This document shows positions 1-11,655 of a DNA stretch of 64,000 nt, in pieces (the first letter of the stretch is position 1; each line of letters starts with the position of its first letter). The DNA is from Isurus oxyrinchus (Eukaryota). The position numbers and the translations under genes were made by a program. The stretch is from the NCBI GenBank assembly GCA_026770705.1, contig JANJGN010000152.1, positions 186,001 to 250,000 of the forward strand, in the 5' to 3' direction. The notes beneath the pieces were generated by a model. That model was given only the letters and a program-made list of their open reading frames with translations. It was not told where the DNA came from and searched no databases.

Positions 1-122
1 CCTCTTGAATTGACTCCTGTGCCGCAGTGCCGTGGTCAGCTGGCTCATCCTCCCTACAACCCTGTTCCTCATCCACATAGGGAGCAATTACCTCGTACCT
101 GTTGGGAAAGGTCAAGAGCTAA
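1..122 (-). mobile_element. CR1 LINE ORF1-region fragment
   Basis: Minus-strand translation (..RYEVIAPYVDEEQGCREDEPADHGTAAQESIQ) resembles shark CR1 ORF1 as I recall it. Confidence 0.5.
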
Positions 123-335
123 AGCACATAACAGAATGGTTATCAACAAATCATTACAGTATTGAACAATCTACAATTAAAATACATGAACTATTTGTGT
201 TTTAACACATTCAGTGAAGGCGGGATGGGCTGAACGTTATCATTGAGAGAAATGAAGTATAATTGTTAAAAAAATACTTTCCCTAAAGAGAGTAATTAGA
301 AAATAAGAGATTTAAAATAAAAAAGGGAATGTCTC

Positions 336-375
336 AGAGAGAGAGAGAGAGAAAGGGCAAGATGGATAGAGCATT

Positions 376-411
<36 letters not shown>
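336..411. repeat. (GA)n microsatellite
   Basis: Direct GA runs. Confidence 0.9.
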
Positions 412-867
412 ACAAAGTGGTTCAGTGAATTATCCACTTTCTCAGACAGAAAGAAGAGGGAGATTAAACGATTTTTCTGACAGACATGACCGCCCAGCAA
501 TGGAATGGCCATTATGACACGAATTTCTAAACAAGAATGCATAACAGAAAATGATATCAATAACACATTTCGATATTAAAAGATCTGCATTTGAAGTTTC
601 AAGAAGAGAAAATAAAACGCCGAAACATTCTGGTGAAGATAAATCTTATATCTCTGTGGAATGACAGTGGAAGCATGAAAAATGATTTGTTTTTATACAA
701 ACACACAGATCAGGCGATATCTGAAATGTAATTCCATTGATGCACTTAAACTGAATATCAGGCGCTGCGCAGAACGGACGGCCACTTCGGTACCGCCCGT
801 TTTAGGCCAAAACCACAGGCAAATTACGACCACAACATCTTTACTTATAATATTATCTTTCCATCTC

Positions 868-1050
868 ACAGGGGCATAGTCTAATACAGTAATAACAGAG
901 ACTAGGTGTGGTATAATATAAGCAGAGATATGGGCTAGTGCAGTTATAACAGAAACAGGGACTAGTGTTATATTAACAGATACAGGGCGCATTGCAACTT
1001 TAACTGATTTAGGAAACTGTGTGATATAAACAGAGACATAAACTAATATG
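868..1050. repeat. Degenerate ~27-bp tandem repeat
   Basis: Recurring taacaga(g/a/t)ac.ggg.ctagtg units. Confidence 0.55.
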
Positions 1051-1245
1051 AGAGAAAGATCTATCTATCTAAAGATAGAGGCATTGAATTATAAAGAAAG
1101 CTAGTTAAAGCGAGAAAGAGACAGAATGATTGATTATGTGAGACAGAGCAAGGGAGCGAGAAAGACAGGTAGACACAGCCAGGGGTGGAAGGTGATTGGT
1201 CAGTGTCAGCTGTACATTACCCTGAACCAACAGTGATTGGTGCAG

Positions 1246-1440
1246 AACTGACTTCATATCAGAGAGACCAGCCAATCGTAGGGCTGAGAAACGCCCATCA
1301 GTTCCCCAAGAAGAGAAAACTGCCTTTGGCATAAGACTCCAAGCGTCAACATATTTTAAACAGCGTGCTGTTTACTATCGAATCAGGAACCACGTGTTCC
1401 TTGTGTGCTTTACTAATAATAATAGTCGTGCTGCCCGGAG
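1246..1440 (+). pseudogene. Orphan TCR V promoter and dead leader exon
   Basis: gagagaccagccaatc..gaaacgcc and acgtgttccttgtgtgctttactaataataatagtcgtgctgcccg match the promoter/leader at 11770-11990; ATG>ACG and donor lost. Confidence 0.6.
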
Positions 1441-1633
1441 ATTCTGAGCTAAAATCCTCAGTGTGTGTTTCATGGGTTATGTTTACTCACAGATTTTGAC
1501 ACATTCTGTACGCAGTCACCTGTTAACTCTTTCAGGGATGAGCCAATCGGCTGCGAGGTCCAGCTGATACTCAGCAACAAAAACAATTCTGGTGAAATTC
1601 ATTGTGTTCAAATCTACCATCAGCTCCGCGAAC

Positions 1634-2076
1634 ATGCTGGGTGTTACATTTAAATCACTCCTCGCAGCTGCAGCTCTCTTAACTGGTAAGATTGACAAGT
1701 TACTCAATTTTCATCTTGATGGTGACACTGAGATAGTAATCTTCCCTTTAACTGCCTTTTATCTGTATTTGCATATATCCCTTTAACTCAGTAACAATTG
1801 GTTAAAATAAAAGTCGCATAAAAAGTTTAAGTTCTGTATTTCTAAATTTCTGCAGGTGTTCATGCTGCGGACTCTGTCTCGCAGGAGCCGGAGAGAGTGA
1901 AACAGTTTGATGGAGACTCGGTGAACATTAATTTCAGTTATGCGACCACTGCCGGTTTCTATTTCATACAACTGTACCGTCAGCACCGGGACCAGGCTCC
2001 CCCACTCTTTATCTGCACCCCTTCTGCTGGGGATGTTTTCAGGGCAGAGGGCGTGTACCTGAAATGGTTTTCGTGA
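1634..2076 (+). pseudogene. TCR alpha/delta V pseudogene, 3'-truncated
   Basis: Leader 1634-1685 (MLGVTFKSLLAAAALLT) then GTAAG; exon from 1856 (ADSVSQEPERVKQFDGDSVNINFSY..LYRQHRDQAP); Cys23>F, Trp41>L, stop 2074-2076; no FR3 or RSS. Confidence 0.85.
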
Positions 2077-2109
2077 AGAGTTCGGTTAATATTGCGCAAC
2101 ATCCGGCGT

Positions 2110-2230
2110 CTCTGCCTATTGGTTCATTCCTCACAGAATCAGCACGTGGCTTCCAATCAGGTTCTTTATTCTGTTTTTCGTCCAATCAGCTGAGAGTTCC
2201 TTTACTCTCCAATTCGTGACATCAGATCGG
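2110..2230 (+). promoter_or_regulatory. V-promoter-like motif cluster (CCAAT x3, CACGTG, TGACATCA)
   Basis: Same motif types as other V promoters in the window; no clear V exon follows. Confidence 0.4.
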
Positions 2231-3374
2231 GCAACACTGAATGGAACAGAGAGTAGGACAGCAATTAAACACAATGTTATCCCTTAAGCTGTTTGAGGCT
2301 GCGAGGTGTGTGTAATGAATGGAAAGAGATCATATTGTGCTGTTATCAGTGTAGGAAGCTCACGTTAAAAGAACTGTTGTCTGATGATTAGGGCAATCCA
2401 CAGCGGTTATAGAGGACCAGGCTGCTCTGAAAGCTTTGAATAAAGCAACACGGTCAAATGGACCAATTCCACCTATTACGTGAATGAAATGTGGATTGAC
2501 TGACAGGGTTGAACAGAATGGGAGAGGTAAGCAGCAGATGAGATTAGCCAAAATCTACTCAATGAACTATATTTACAACATCTTTACATTCTTAATATCT
2601 TAAACGTTCATCATAATTTTTAAAATGAAATAGACTTTTCATTTGAAATGATAATCTCTATTCCCGAATATTTTTCATTACTTCTTTTTTAAAATGAATT
2701 AATTGAATCATGTTACAAACATGTTATTGAAGAATTGTCTTGGGTTTGGGGAAAGAGAGGAGATGTGGGATTAATTGTATTGGTCATGCGAAGAGCTGGC
2801 ACGAGCACAATGGGCCGAATGGACTCCTCCTCTGCTGTATGGTGTATTGCTCTGCGCCTGACTGAACTAAACACTGTTTCCGCCACAGACCTGCCCAACA
2901 GTCAAGAGCTGAAGGTTAGTAATATGAGAAAATGATAGCAGCAAAACGGTAACAGGCTTCAGCCGACCCTGTTAAACCTTTCCCTGCTGAACGTAGGGTG
3001 TCTGTGGACCTGTAGTTCACAAATGAGTCAACCGTATTGAGGAGAACAGCGTTGGGTGTGGAGGTTGTCATTCCTCGCTAAAGATCAAAAGGATGAAGCT
3101 GCAATTCCGTTCATTGTGTTTCCTGGTTTCTGCACTCAGTGGATCAGGAATATTATTGGAGATTTGATTTAATTGGGAATTATTGGGATTTACAATCAAG
3201 GATATTAAATTCGTGGTAAATATCTTTCATATCATCACGGAGGGCAAGGGTTCAATCCAACGCTGATGCGCTGCTCTCGCTGATATGCCCTCTGAAGCCA
3301 GGTTTTTCATTCATCCTTTTCAATAAAAGCCACAAATATATCCTTTAGCTCAGGAAGTACTGGTGGGCCAGCCC

Positions 3375-3520
3375 AGAATTCGGAAGGAGAGTAATATTGA
3401 ATCCAAAACGTTCAATCTGCTTCTCTCTTCACAGGTATTGCCAGACCTGCTGTACCTTTTGCAGCATTTTCTGCTTTCATTTCAAATCTCCAGCACCCGT
3501 ATTTTTTTGCTTTCATACAA
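3375..3520 (+). mobile_element. Degenerate Penelope-like terminal fragment
   Basis: aaaacgtt..ctctcttcacaggtattgccagacctgctg..atctccagcacccgtatttttttgc is homologous to the elements at 7345, 41218 and 62580. Confidence 0.6.
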
Positions 3521-3939
3521 GGTACACATCTTTTGTGTCTGATGCAGACTGAGTGCATCAGTTGATTTAATGCTGCAATTTCTCCAGCATTTAATTAGAG
3601 CTCAAAAATGATGAATGACTGCATTTGGTTTTGGAAACGAATACCTTTAATGTACGCACACTTGAGGCCTGTTGCTGTGCCCAGGCCCGGATACACATGA
3701 ATTGTATTACCTCCCGTGGCTGCACATTATTGACTAACCTCGCCTTCTACAACAGGAAGCGGCATCTAACGCTGATGAATCTCCAGGGAATAGAATGTAC
3801 AAGGAACACTTGGATATTTTCAATGAATTGAGAACTGAAGGTGGACTAGATCACCACGATTCATCTAAATACTTGTTTTTTTAAAAAAAAAACCTGTCTA
3901 TGAGGGAGATTCTGGGGGGAGAATCATTTCGACTGGCAG

Positions 3940-4600
3940 ACAGAAAAAAAAAACAGGCAGTGACAAAGGTAGAAACACTGATTGAGAAATATAGAGAAAG
4001 TCTGAGTGACAGGCAGTGAGCAAAACAGAGATGGAGATACAGGGCAATAAGCAGGAGGGAAGGCAATGCCAGAAAATGAAGGAGAAACATAGAGATAAAC
4101 AGAGAGAGAAGCAACGAGAGAAATGAGAGAGGGGTAAAGGGTAGAAATGAGAGAGAAAGAGAGGGAGAGATAGAGGGAGAGAGACACAGAGAGAGATAGA
4201 GAGATAGGGTAGGATTTAGATGCAAGTACAGAAGGAGAAACAAATGTAGCAGTACGGGCACATTAAACCACGAAACGAAGAGAAACAAATGAAAAGAGAG
4301 TAAATGAATCAGAGAGAGAGACTGTGATAAGTATCGAGGCAGAGACAGAGAGAGGGAGAGAAACAGATGGAGATACAGGGAGATAACTAGAAGGGATGGG
4401 AATGATAGAAATGAAGGAGACACTGGGAGCTAAACAGTGGGAGAGAGTGAGAGAATGAGGGAGAGACGGAGATAGGAAGGGAAATGGATGAAGATACAGG
4501 GAAGGAAAAAGTTGTAGCAATAAGGGGATATTATAGACGAAGAGAGACAAACGAACAGACAGCAAGGTAAACAGAGGTATACGTAGTGAGAGAAACCGTA
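3940..4600. repeat. GA-rich low-complexity tract with internal duplications
   Basis: Purine-rich; aaacagatggagatacaggg..aaatgaaggaga repeated; source of spurious SLSL ORFs. Confidence 0.8.
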
Positions 4601-4796
4601 ATATTGTGAGGAAAGATGTGCCCTAATTAGAAGCAGGAATTCCAGGAGGGAAAGAAAAATAACATTATGCAACACATGATATGGAAAGGCTGACTTCCGA
4701 GAACTATATGGCCTCCTGGATTTCTAGATCAAGATCATAACCACCATGTTATTGTGCCCGTACCTCCAGCAGTAAACAAACAAACACAACATAGGA

Positions 4797-4810
4797 GCTC
4801 CATCTGGTGG
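4797..4810 (-). promoter_or_regulatory. CTCF-like motif
   Basis: Reverse complement CCACCAGATGGAGC matches the CTCF core. Confidence 0.55.
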
Positions 4811-5021
4811 CGACCTGGGTTAAATGGACACTACCTGGAAAAATCACCAGATTCTCAAATTATTGAAGGATGTTGTAGCATGATTGTGTTGTATTATTCC
4901 TGTTCATATTATTACTATTGTAATATATTGTAATGCAGGCGAATAGATACATGGGAGCTAATTCCAACTTCATTTTAAATCCAGCGATTCCCTGTGTTTA
5001 TTTACATGCACCACATGCATT

Positions 5022-5129
5022 GAAGCGGTTCAAGAAGGCAGCTCGCCACCACCTTCTCAACGGCAATTAGCGATGGGCAATAAATGCTGGCCTGGCAGGT
5101 GAAGCCCACATCCCATAAATGAATAAAAC
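5022..5129 (+). mobile_element. Shark LINE/SINE 3' tail
   Basis: ttcaagaaggcagctcgccaccaccttctc..gatgggcaataaatgctggcc..cccacatccc tail shared with other repeats in the window. Confidence 0.75.
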
Positions 5130-5190
5130 GTTGCACTGGTAATGATGTTGCTGATGATGAGATGGTGACTATTCCCAACATTTATGTCAG

Positions 5191-5498
5191 AATTGAGCCA
5201 TCAACACACAGTAGAATAGTTGGCTGCTGAAATGGCGACAGATGAGGGAAGTAATATCACCCTGAACATCACCTTCAAACCAAGCTCTTTTAAGCCCTAT
5301 GTGTGCTGTGGAGTAGTCAACACTCCTGGCACCCTCCGTTGTCCACCCTCTCCATGGATGTATAGAAAACTGGAAATTCTACTTTGCGGCTCGATTTTTG
5401 CCTAGGTTTGGTAAAACTACTAAGATCACAGAGTTAATGATTAGTACAGCCCTGATCTCTGACCCGGGTGTGTTGCTGTGCCAAGACTCCCTACACTG
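5191..5498 (+). pseudogene. TCR V relic (family of V at 17278)
   Basis: Collinear homology with 17480-17790 (agtaatatcac, taaaactactaagatcacagag, ctgatctctgac); frameshifted; heptamer remnant tacactg 5492-5498. Confidence 0.75.
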
Positions 5499-5502
5499 CT
5501 GT

Positions 5503-6045
5503 AAGGAGATTTACCAGGATGCTGCCTGGGATGGAGGGTCTGATCTATGAGGAAGGATTTAATAGGCTGGGGTTGTTTTCCTTGGAGTAGCGAAGGTTGA
5601 GTGGGGACCTGGTAGAGATGCATAAGGTTATGAGAGGCATAGATTTAGTGGGTAATAAGGCACTTTTCCCGTTAGTAGAGGGATCAATAACCGGGGGTGG
5701 GGGGTTGGGATGGGTGGCGCGAGGCGGGGTGGTGGGGTTGGGGGGGGGGGGCTAAGGGCATAGATTTAAGGTAGATAGTAGAAGGCTAAGAAAGGTGTTG
5801 AGGAGGTTTTTCTTTCAATCAGAGGGTAGTGAGAGTCTGAAACTTGCTGCCTGACTGAGTAGTGAGTCAGAAACTCTTGTAACATTTCGGAAGTATTTAG
5901 ATATTCACGTCCGTTGGCATAGCATCCAAGGCTTTGGGACAAGCACTGGAAAATATGATTAGTGTGGTCAGATCTTTGTTGACCGGCGCGAACAAGGTGG
6001 GCCCAGTGGCCTCCTTCTGTGCTGTAAACGCCTGTAAGTCTATGC
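5503..6045 (+). mobile_element. 5'-truncated CR1 LINE beginning in an RSS spacer
   Basis: aggagatttaccaggatgctgcctggg..ttttccttggagtagcgaagg..ggcctccttctgtgctgtaaa is a CR1 ORF2 C-terminus plus 3'UTR. Confidence 0.85.
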
Positions 6046-6139
6046 GAGTAAGGAGGAGTTTGCAGGGCCGACAGGGTTAAGTTTGCGGTTGTTGTTTCTG
6101 ATGTCTTGGTCGATTCTGTGTGCTCCGCCCATTCCTCTT

Positions 6140-6390
6140 TGAGATTTCATAGCATTTTGATGCAACCAAGTGGCCTTATAGGCCATGTCAGAGAGACCAG
6201 ACCAGGTAAGGGCAGCAGGTTTACTTCCTTAATGGACATTAATGAACCAGATGGATTTTTACAACAATCGATGGTAAGACTTTTAATTGCAGATTTTTAT
6301 TTAATTCAAATTCCACCATCTGCCGTGGCAAGCCATGGTCCCCAGGGCACTTCTCTGGGTCGCTGTGTTACTACTCCACCGACAATACCA
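6140..6390 (-). mobile_element. Shark tRNA-derived SINE
   Basis: Reverse complement matches the SINE at 6990-7340 (ccaggtaagggcagc..gaaccagatgg..aattcaaattccacca). Confidence 0.7.
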
Positions 6391-6896
6391 GTGGGCCATT
6401 GCCTAAGTCTGTTCATTTGTTTGTGCAGTAACAACAGAAATCGTTGCTCTAATATGATAAGTCCATAAATCAGTCCGACAAGATATAAAATCATAGTCAG
6501 ATTACTCGTTAAATGGGTTACGAGGGAAATCTCATTGTTGCTCGTGTCCTGACAGTGAGGCGAAAATAATTATAGAGAACAAATTCACCCGGAATAAACC
6601 AAACCCATGATCAATCCTGTGTTTGACAGATTCAATATCCAGACATGGATTTAATTACCACCATCTTTTGTGCAAAACTGAAACATTTGCCCGATGAAGA
6701 CACTGACTGAATCCCAACTCATGGTGTTTCTGATCACTGGCAGCCAGCTCAACATCTACCCTTGTCACAGCAGCACCGGTGAGACAAGGAAGTGAGGTGA
6801 GGACATTCTAAGACACGACAGCAGGTTATCAAGGATGGGTCTTAGAATGGGTATCTTCGAATATCCAACTCCCGTTTTACAGAGCAGACAGTGACA

Positions 6897-7821
6897 TTGA
6901 GGCTACTCAGCATCAGGATTGTGCGGACGGCATTTCCGACAAGTAATTGTTGACCACACAGATCTTTTCTCAGTTTTAAATCATGAGGGGACGCCATGTA
7001 ATCCAGAAACTCAGGTTAATGCTCTAGGGTTCCAGGTTCGGCTCCCGCCATGGCAAATTGTGAACTTTGATTTAATTAGGAACCTGGGATTATAATTGCA
7101 ATGAATCGATTGTTATAAAAACCCATCACGTTCACTGATGTCCTTTGGGGAAGAAAATCTGCCGCCCTTACCTGGTCTTCTCTCCGCGTGACTCCAGGCC
7201 CACAGCAACGTTGCTGCCTCTTTCAAAAAATGTCCTCTGAAATGACCCGGCAAGCCTTCAGTTGTCACCATGAAGGGCAACTGGGATGGGCAATAAATGC
7301 TGGCCCAGTATACATCCTGTATCTCCTGAATATTTAACAAAAACGTAAATTTTGAACAGTTCTGATGAAGAGTTATTCGAACTTGAAATGTCAACTGTAT
7401 CCCTCTCCACAGATGCTGTCAGACCTGCTGTGTTCTTCCCGGTATTTTTGTTTTTGTTCTAACTTTGAACAGCCGTTGGTCTGATCTTTTTCTGTTTGAA
7501 CATGTTTTTTTCAAATGCAGGTCATGGAGACTCCAGCACTCATCCACTGTCCTCACATGTTAAGACAGAAGGGGAAGCGGTGACTTTAAGCTGTACCCAT
7601 GAAACTACAGATAGAAGCTGTCATTTATACTGGCACTGGCAACACCCAGGTACACAGCCTGCCTTTATATTATGGAAACATTGGATTAGTAGTGAAGTTA
7701 AAGCAGGTTTTGCTAAAAGCCGTTTCTCAGTCGAGCTCCAGACCTCGAATGAATTCACCAATTTAACCTTCACGGGTCTGCGGTTGACTGACGCTACCGT
7801 GTATTACTGCGCTCTAAGACT
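6897..7821 (+). CDS. TCR Vdelta-like segment, open V exon, leader start TTG (ORF/pseudogene)
   Basis: 46-nt leader 6897-6942 starts TTG (ATG in paralog 13158); V exon 7521-7821 open: C23, W41, ..GFAKSRFSVELQTS..DATVYYCALR; atypical WHWQ and CDR1 Cys. Confidence 0.85.
6990..7340 (+). mobile_element. Shark tRNA-derived SINE in V intron
   Basis: B-box-like ggttcggctccc, central gaaaatctgccgcccttacctgg, tail gggatgggcaataaatgctggcc. Confidence 0.75.
7345..7465 (+). mobile_element. Penelope-like terminal fragment
   Basis: ctctccacagatgctgtcagacctgctg..tttttgtttttg, homologous to 62580-62730 reverse complement. Confidence 0.7.
7357..7397 (+). ncRNA. Minimal type-I hammerhead ribozyme motif
   Basis: CAGTT-CTGATGA-A-GAGTT-attcg-AACTT-GAAA-TG-TC-AACTG: stem I 5 bp, intact core boxes, stem II 5 bp, GUC site. 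Confidence 0.7.
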
Positions 7822-7860
7822 CACAATGATGGGAAACGGTCTGGCCCCTGTACAAAAACG
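7822..7860 (+). other. 23-RSS
   Basis: cacaatg + 23 bp + acaaaaacg. Confidence 0.9.
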
Positions 7861-8394
7861 GCCTTTGGACTGTGGATAGGAGCTCCTGTGTGATTGAGTT
7901 TGTATCGAATCTCGGGAAGATGCAGCACCAATCTACAGAGGCACTATCAGCCCCTCAAACACACATCGAGAAGAAAACACATTCACCTGGGATCAAACTG
8001 TCACCAAATATTTCCAGGAGCGGCTAAGAAAACAAACTGCAGGATCCGATCCAACCAAAAGGCCATCACAGAGTCAAATTTGAAGGTATCAGTTCTAATC
8101 CCCACGCTCAATAATTTGCTGTCATGCCTAGGAATGTTCTCACCTGACATCCTTGTGTCTCTGGTTCTATGGGATCCGTCGGTGATGAGCTGTCTGACAT
8201 TGAATGGAAGCACCCCGAACTGTACTACAGTCAATGGCCTGATGGAGGAATGGCTGCACTTTTAGAGAAGGGAGTGGAGGAGTGAAACCCTGGTCTGTTA
8301 ATTATCACCAGTAAACTCGGGATTAATAATAGTGACAGAAAACATCCCAGCATTAAGGAAACATTCTCAAACTCGATGGGGACTCTGTACCTGA

Positions 8395-8432
8395 GGTTTG
8401 TGTTAAATATCTGGTGAACTCCGCTCATTGTG
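8395..8432 (-). other. Orphan RSS-like element (22-bp spacer)
   Basis: Reverse complement cacaatg + 22 bp + acacaaacc; only a trace of FR3-like sequence upstream. Confidence 0.45.
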
Positions 8433-8778
8433 TACAAACTGTCTCTGGCCCAGCAACACACTCTGTTCAAATAAATCCTGTGAACAGGCCGCGGCCAAAG
8501 GCTCCAGGAATATGAAAGGGGAAATGGGGAAAGGGGAACTCACTATTACAGACAGGCACTGAAACTGCATTAAAAGGCAAAAAGTAAATTAAGGTGATCA
8601 AATAGCTTTATGACGGTCGGTTATCATACGAATTCGACTTGAAATTAACTAATACAACTTCACAAGTTTTTCTCACCTCTTAATGTTGAGTTTTCTTATT
8701 TGTTATGATTTTTTTGGAAGGCTCCTGTGACTTTCGCTATGGAGGCGGGATTTGTTGTTTCTGTTAAACGGTGTGAGA

Positions 8779-8792
8779 GCACCCTCTGTTGG
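8779..8792 (-). promoter_or_regulatory. CTCF-like motif downstream of RSS
   Basis: Reverse complement CCAACAGAGGGTGC. Confidence 0.55.
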
Positions 8793-8815
8793 GAAGTAAC
8801 AGGAGCGCCCACTTG

Positions 8816-8855
8816 GGTTTTTGTCTGGCATCCGCTGTCTCTCTGCAGCAGTGTG
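8816..8855 (-). other. RSS with 24-bp spacer
   Basis: Reverse complement cacactg + 24 bp + acaaaaacc. Confidence 0.9.
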
Positions 8856-9257
8856 GGCTTCATGGCACAGAAATACACGGTGATGTTTGAGAGAAGATCC
8901 CAGGTGATATTTGAATGGAGAGTTTTGTTTCCTCAGCAGAGGATCTACCTGGTAAACCTGAAGACTTTTCTTCATTTCCCAAGCTATACACCTTCAATAA
9001 ATTACTCGGAACTTCCCCAGGATACTGGAAGAGAGTTGGTGGCAGGGCAGGGTGCCGAGTAATGTTCTGCCTTTCCCGAACCGCTAATTCAGACGGACCC
9101 TGAGACACTGAAACCTCGTCATTTATTACTGCAACACAAATACATACATTTTCAAAAGTCAGGAACTTAATACAACTCCTGGAGGCACAGTGACTATTTG
9201 AACATAGACTCATCAGGCAGCAAGACCATTATTATCAATTAGGAACATGGGGAACAT
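8856..9257 (-). pseudogene. TCR Valpha-like pseudogene (family of V at 11939)
   Basis: Frameshifted leader with donor GT>AT; exon from 9128 (VSVSQGPSELAVRERQNI..) has lost C23 and W41 and is frameshifted before VYFCAMK. Confidence 0.9.
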
Positions 9258-10073
9258 ATAGTGTTCGGTTGAGAATTTGACAGAAAGTAACATAATGCTC
9301 TAAATATATTGATACTATTAGTCTGATATTAAAATGTAACCCAGATCAGAGTCAGATTTCACTTATTGAGACACCAGGGAGCGTTTCCCAGGGACAAGGT
9401 TGGCTGTCAGAACTGATTACAGTTGCGCTCCAGTCACTGAGAGCTGCAAACCAGAGTCTTCTCTGATTGGTTCTTTATCTCTCTCCGATGTTCTCAGAGT
9501 CTTGGTTTGTTTGCCGCGACCTCTGTCTCCCTGGTGAGGCAATCTGTCCTCGAAGTGAATTTCCTCGCTTCTGTAAAAATGCATAGAGGTGGGAACAAAT
9601 AATTTAGGGAATGAATGCAGCGTCTGACAAACTCGGCAAACACGCAGTTACACTAAAACACCACCAGGAGGCATGAACGTTAATGTGGATATCAGATATA
9701 ATTGCGATATCAGACTTAAAATCAATCAAACAATGTCGTTTCTGTTTGTCTCTTTCAATAAAACCGTAGTGACCAGAGACCATAGGGGTGGCATGGTAAA
9801 TATAAAATAGAGGAGTAAGGAAAGGAAACATGAAGCAAATATGCATTTCAAGATAAAGGAGCAAAACGACTTAGGAGTCCCGAGACAGTGAATAAGGAAC
9901 AAGCAAGCAAAGCTGTTAAGTTCTATGATTCTAAGCAGCAATGACCATTGGAGTTCGAAATACGACACAGCAAACCTTCCTGAAGCATTTAATAGAGAGA
10001 GAGAGAGAGAGTGAGAGAGAGAGAGAGAGAGTGGGGTGGGGGAGAGAGATAGGTACGTAGCTACCTGGCTAGC

Positions 10074-10201
10074 NNNNNNNNNNNNNNNNNNNNNNNNNNN
10101 NNNNNNNNNNNNNNNNNNNNNNNNNNNNNNNNNNNNNNNNNNNNNNNNNNNNNNNNNNNNNNNNNNNNNNNNNNNNNNNNNNNNNNNNNNNNNNNNNNNN
10201 N
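10074..10201. other. Assembly gap
   Basis: Run of N. Confidence 1.
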
Positions 10202-11439
10202 ATGGGGTGGGGCTCTGTAGCCAAAATCACAGTGTGCACTCCAATCTGATCTATTATGGGTGTGGCCTGAGTAGCAGCGTGTGTACTAATATACAGGGGC
10301 CTTGGTGGTCTGAGGATGGAGAATTCGCTGCACACTGACACACAACATATCTAATCGTTTCATCGAATTAAACAACCAATTTATCCATTGCAGAGAGAAC
10401 ATTTCACCTCACGTTCTGAGATTGCTCCAGAGCTGGGAGCAAAACGTCCATGTCTGTCGCGCTGCCAGAATGAGTCCCCGAGAAGCGAGTGGAGACATCC
10501 ATCCCGACTGACTGGGGCTGTAGTTAATCCTGGATCCCGAGAGTTGCAATGTCGTTGCCTGATCTGATGCCCAAATCCGTTCCTGAGGAGAGATCGATCA
10601 ACATCTCCTCTGTCTGGGCCTTCAGTTAACTCCAATCCCAGAAATTAGTGGAGAATATACCACGATTCTCACCAATCATGGCATTACAACGAGTCACGCT
10701 TGAGGAGTCCAGTCCAATAAGCAAAGGTGGGAGGAGTCTGAGTTTCCTTTAACATAGGCGAGTGGAGTTATTAGATCAACTGTTGCCTGGGAACTATAAA
10801 AAGCGGCCAATCCTCCCAGCTGCTTGCGGCTGTTGAAAGTTGGATGAAGGGTTGTCTGAAAACCTATCACTTCTATCTTGCTCTGCTCCTAAAATCAACT
10901 CTCAAAAATAATAACACATGATGTTGTGAGTCCACGTCGACATTCACTGATACTGGATCAGTTTACAATTCCTTCAGTCCAAAACATAGAAATTGGGAGA
11001 GAGTAGAAAGTGAGCGGCACTTTTAGCAATTGTATGAACAGGGCTGGATTGAGCGGAGAAAATGCAGCGATTAAGGATAAAGAACGGGGATGGGTCGGTA
11101 GAGATCTGAAATGGTGGGAAAAAGAATGGGATTTGGAACGTAACGAGTGGGAATCAAAAATTCGTCAGTGATGATATGGGCTGAGAAATGGAAATAGGAC
11201 ATTAGAGAGAAAGAATGGGGGATTAGACAGCAGTGTTGGGAGAATAGGGAATGGGCATCAGAGAATAAAATGTGCGGACCGGGGGTTGAAGAGCGAGGGA
11301 TGTTTGAGTACATATCGGGAATGTGTATGTAGATTACTGGGGGAGGAAGACTGAAGGACGTCAGTCATTCTAAATAAATATCCACCAGAAGAGATTGATC
11401 AATACGAATGTGCATGTATATCTCTCAGGGATGCTATCT

Positions 11440-11655
11440 GAGAGACACCGCAGAATGCCCAGCAATGTGGTAAATTGCCCAGGTATGTCCTGTACACAAG
11501 AAACAGGACAAATCCAACCACCCGATCAGACTACTCTCGATAATCAGTAAAGTGATGGAAGGGGTCAACAACAGTGCTACCAAGCAGCACTTGCTTAGCA
11601 ATAAGCCGCTCACTGAGGTCCAGCTTGGGTTCCGCCAGGACCATTCAGCCCCTGA
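11440..11655 (+). mobile_element. Non-LTR retrotransposon RT fragment
   Basis: Encodes ..AMW*IAQVCPVHKKQDKSN..PIRLLSIISKVMEGV.., an RT N-terminal motif. Confidence 0.75.

Noticed and set aside
3093-3300. Leader-like MKLQFRSLCFLVSALS and a TEG motif
   Set aside because: No GT donor, W41, C104 or RSS; too weak to call a V relic.
3881-4675. Long minus-strand ORFs rich in S/L/F
   Set aside because: Translations of GA/CT low-complexity DNA; the same applies at 312-566, 27219-27587 and 59455-59767.
10202-10640. cacagtg near 10228 and an FR3-like TFHLTF string
   Set aside because: No nonamer at 12 or 23 bp and no coherent V frame; next to an assembly gap.
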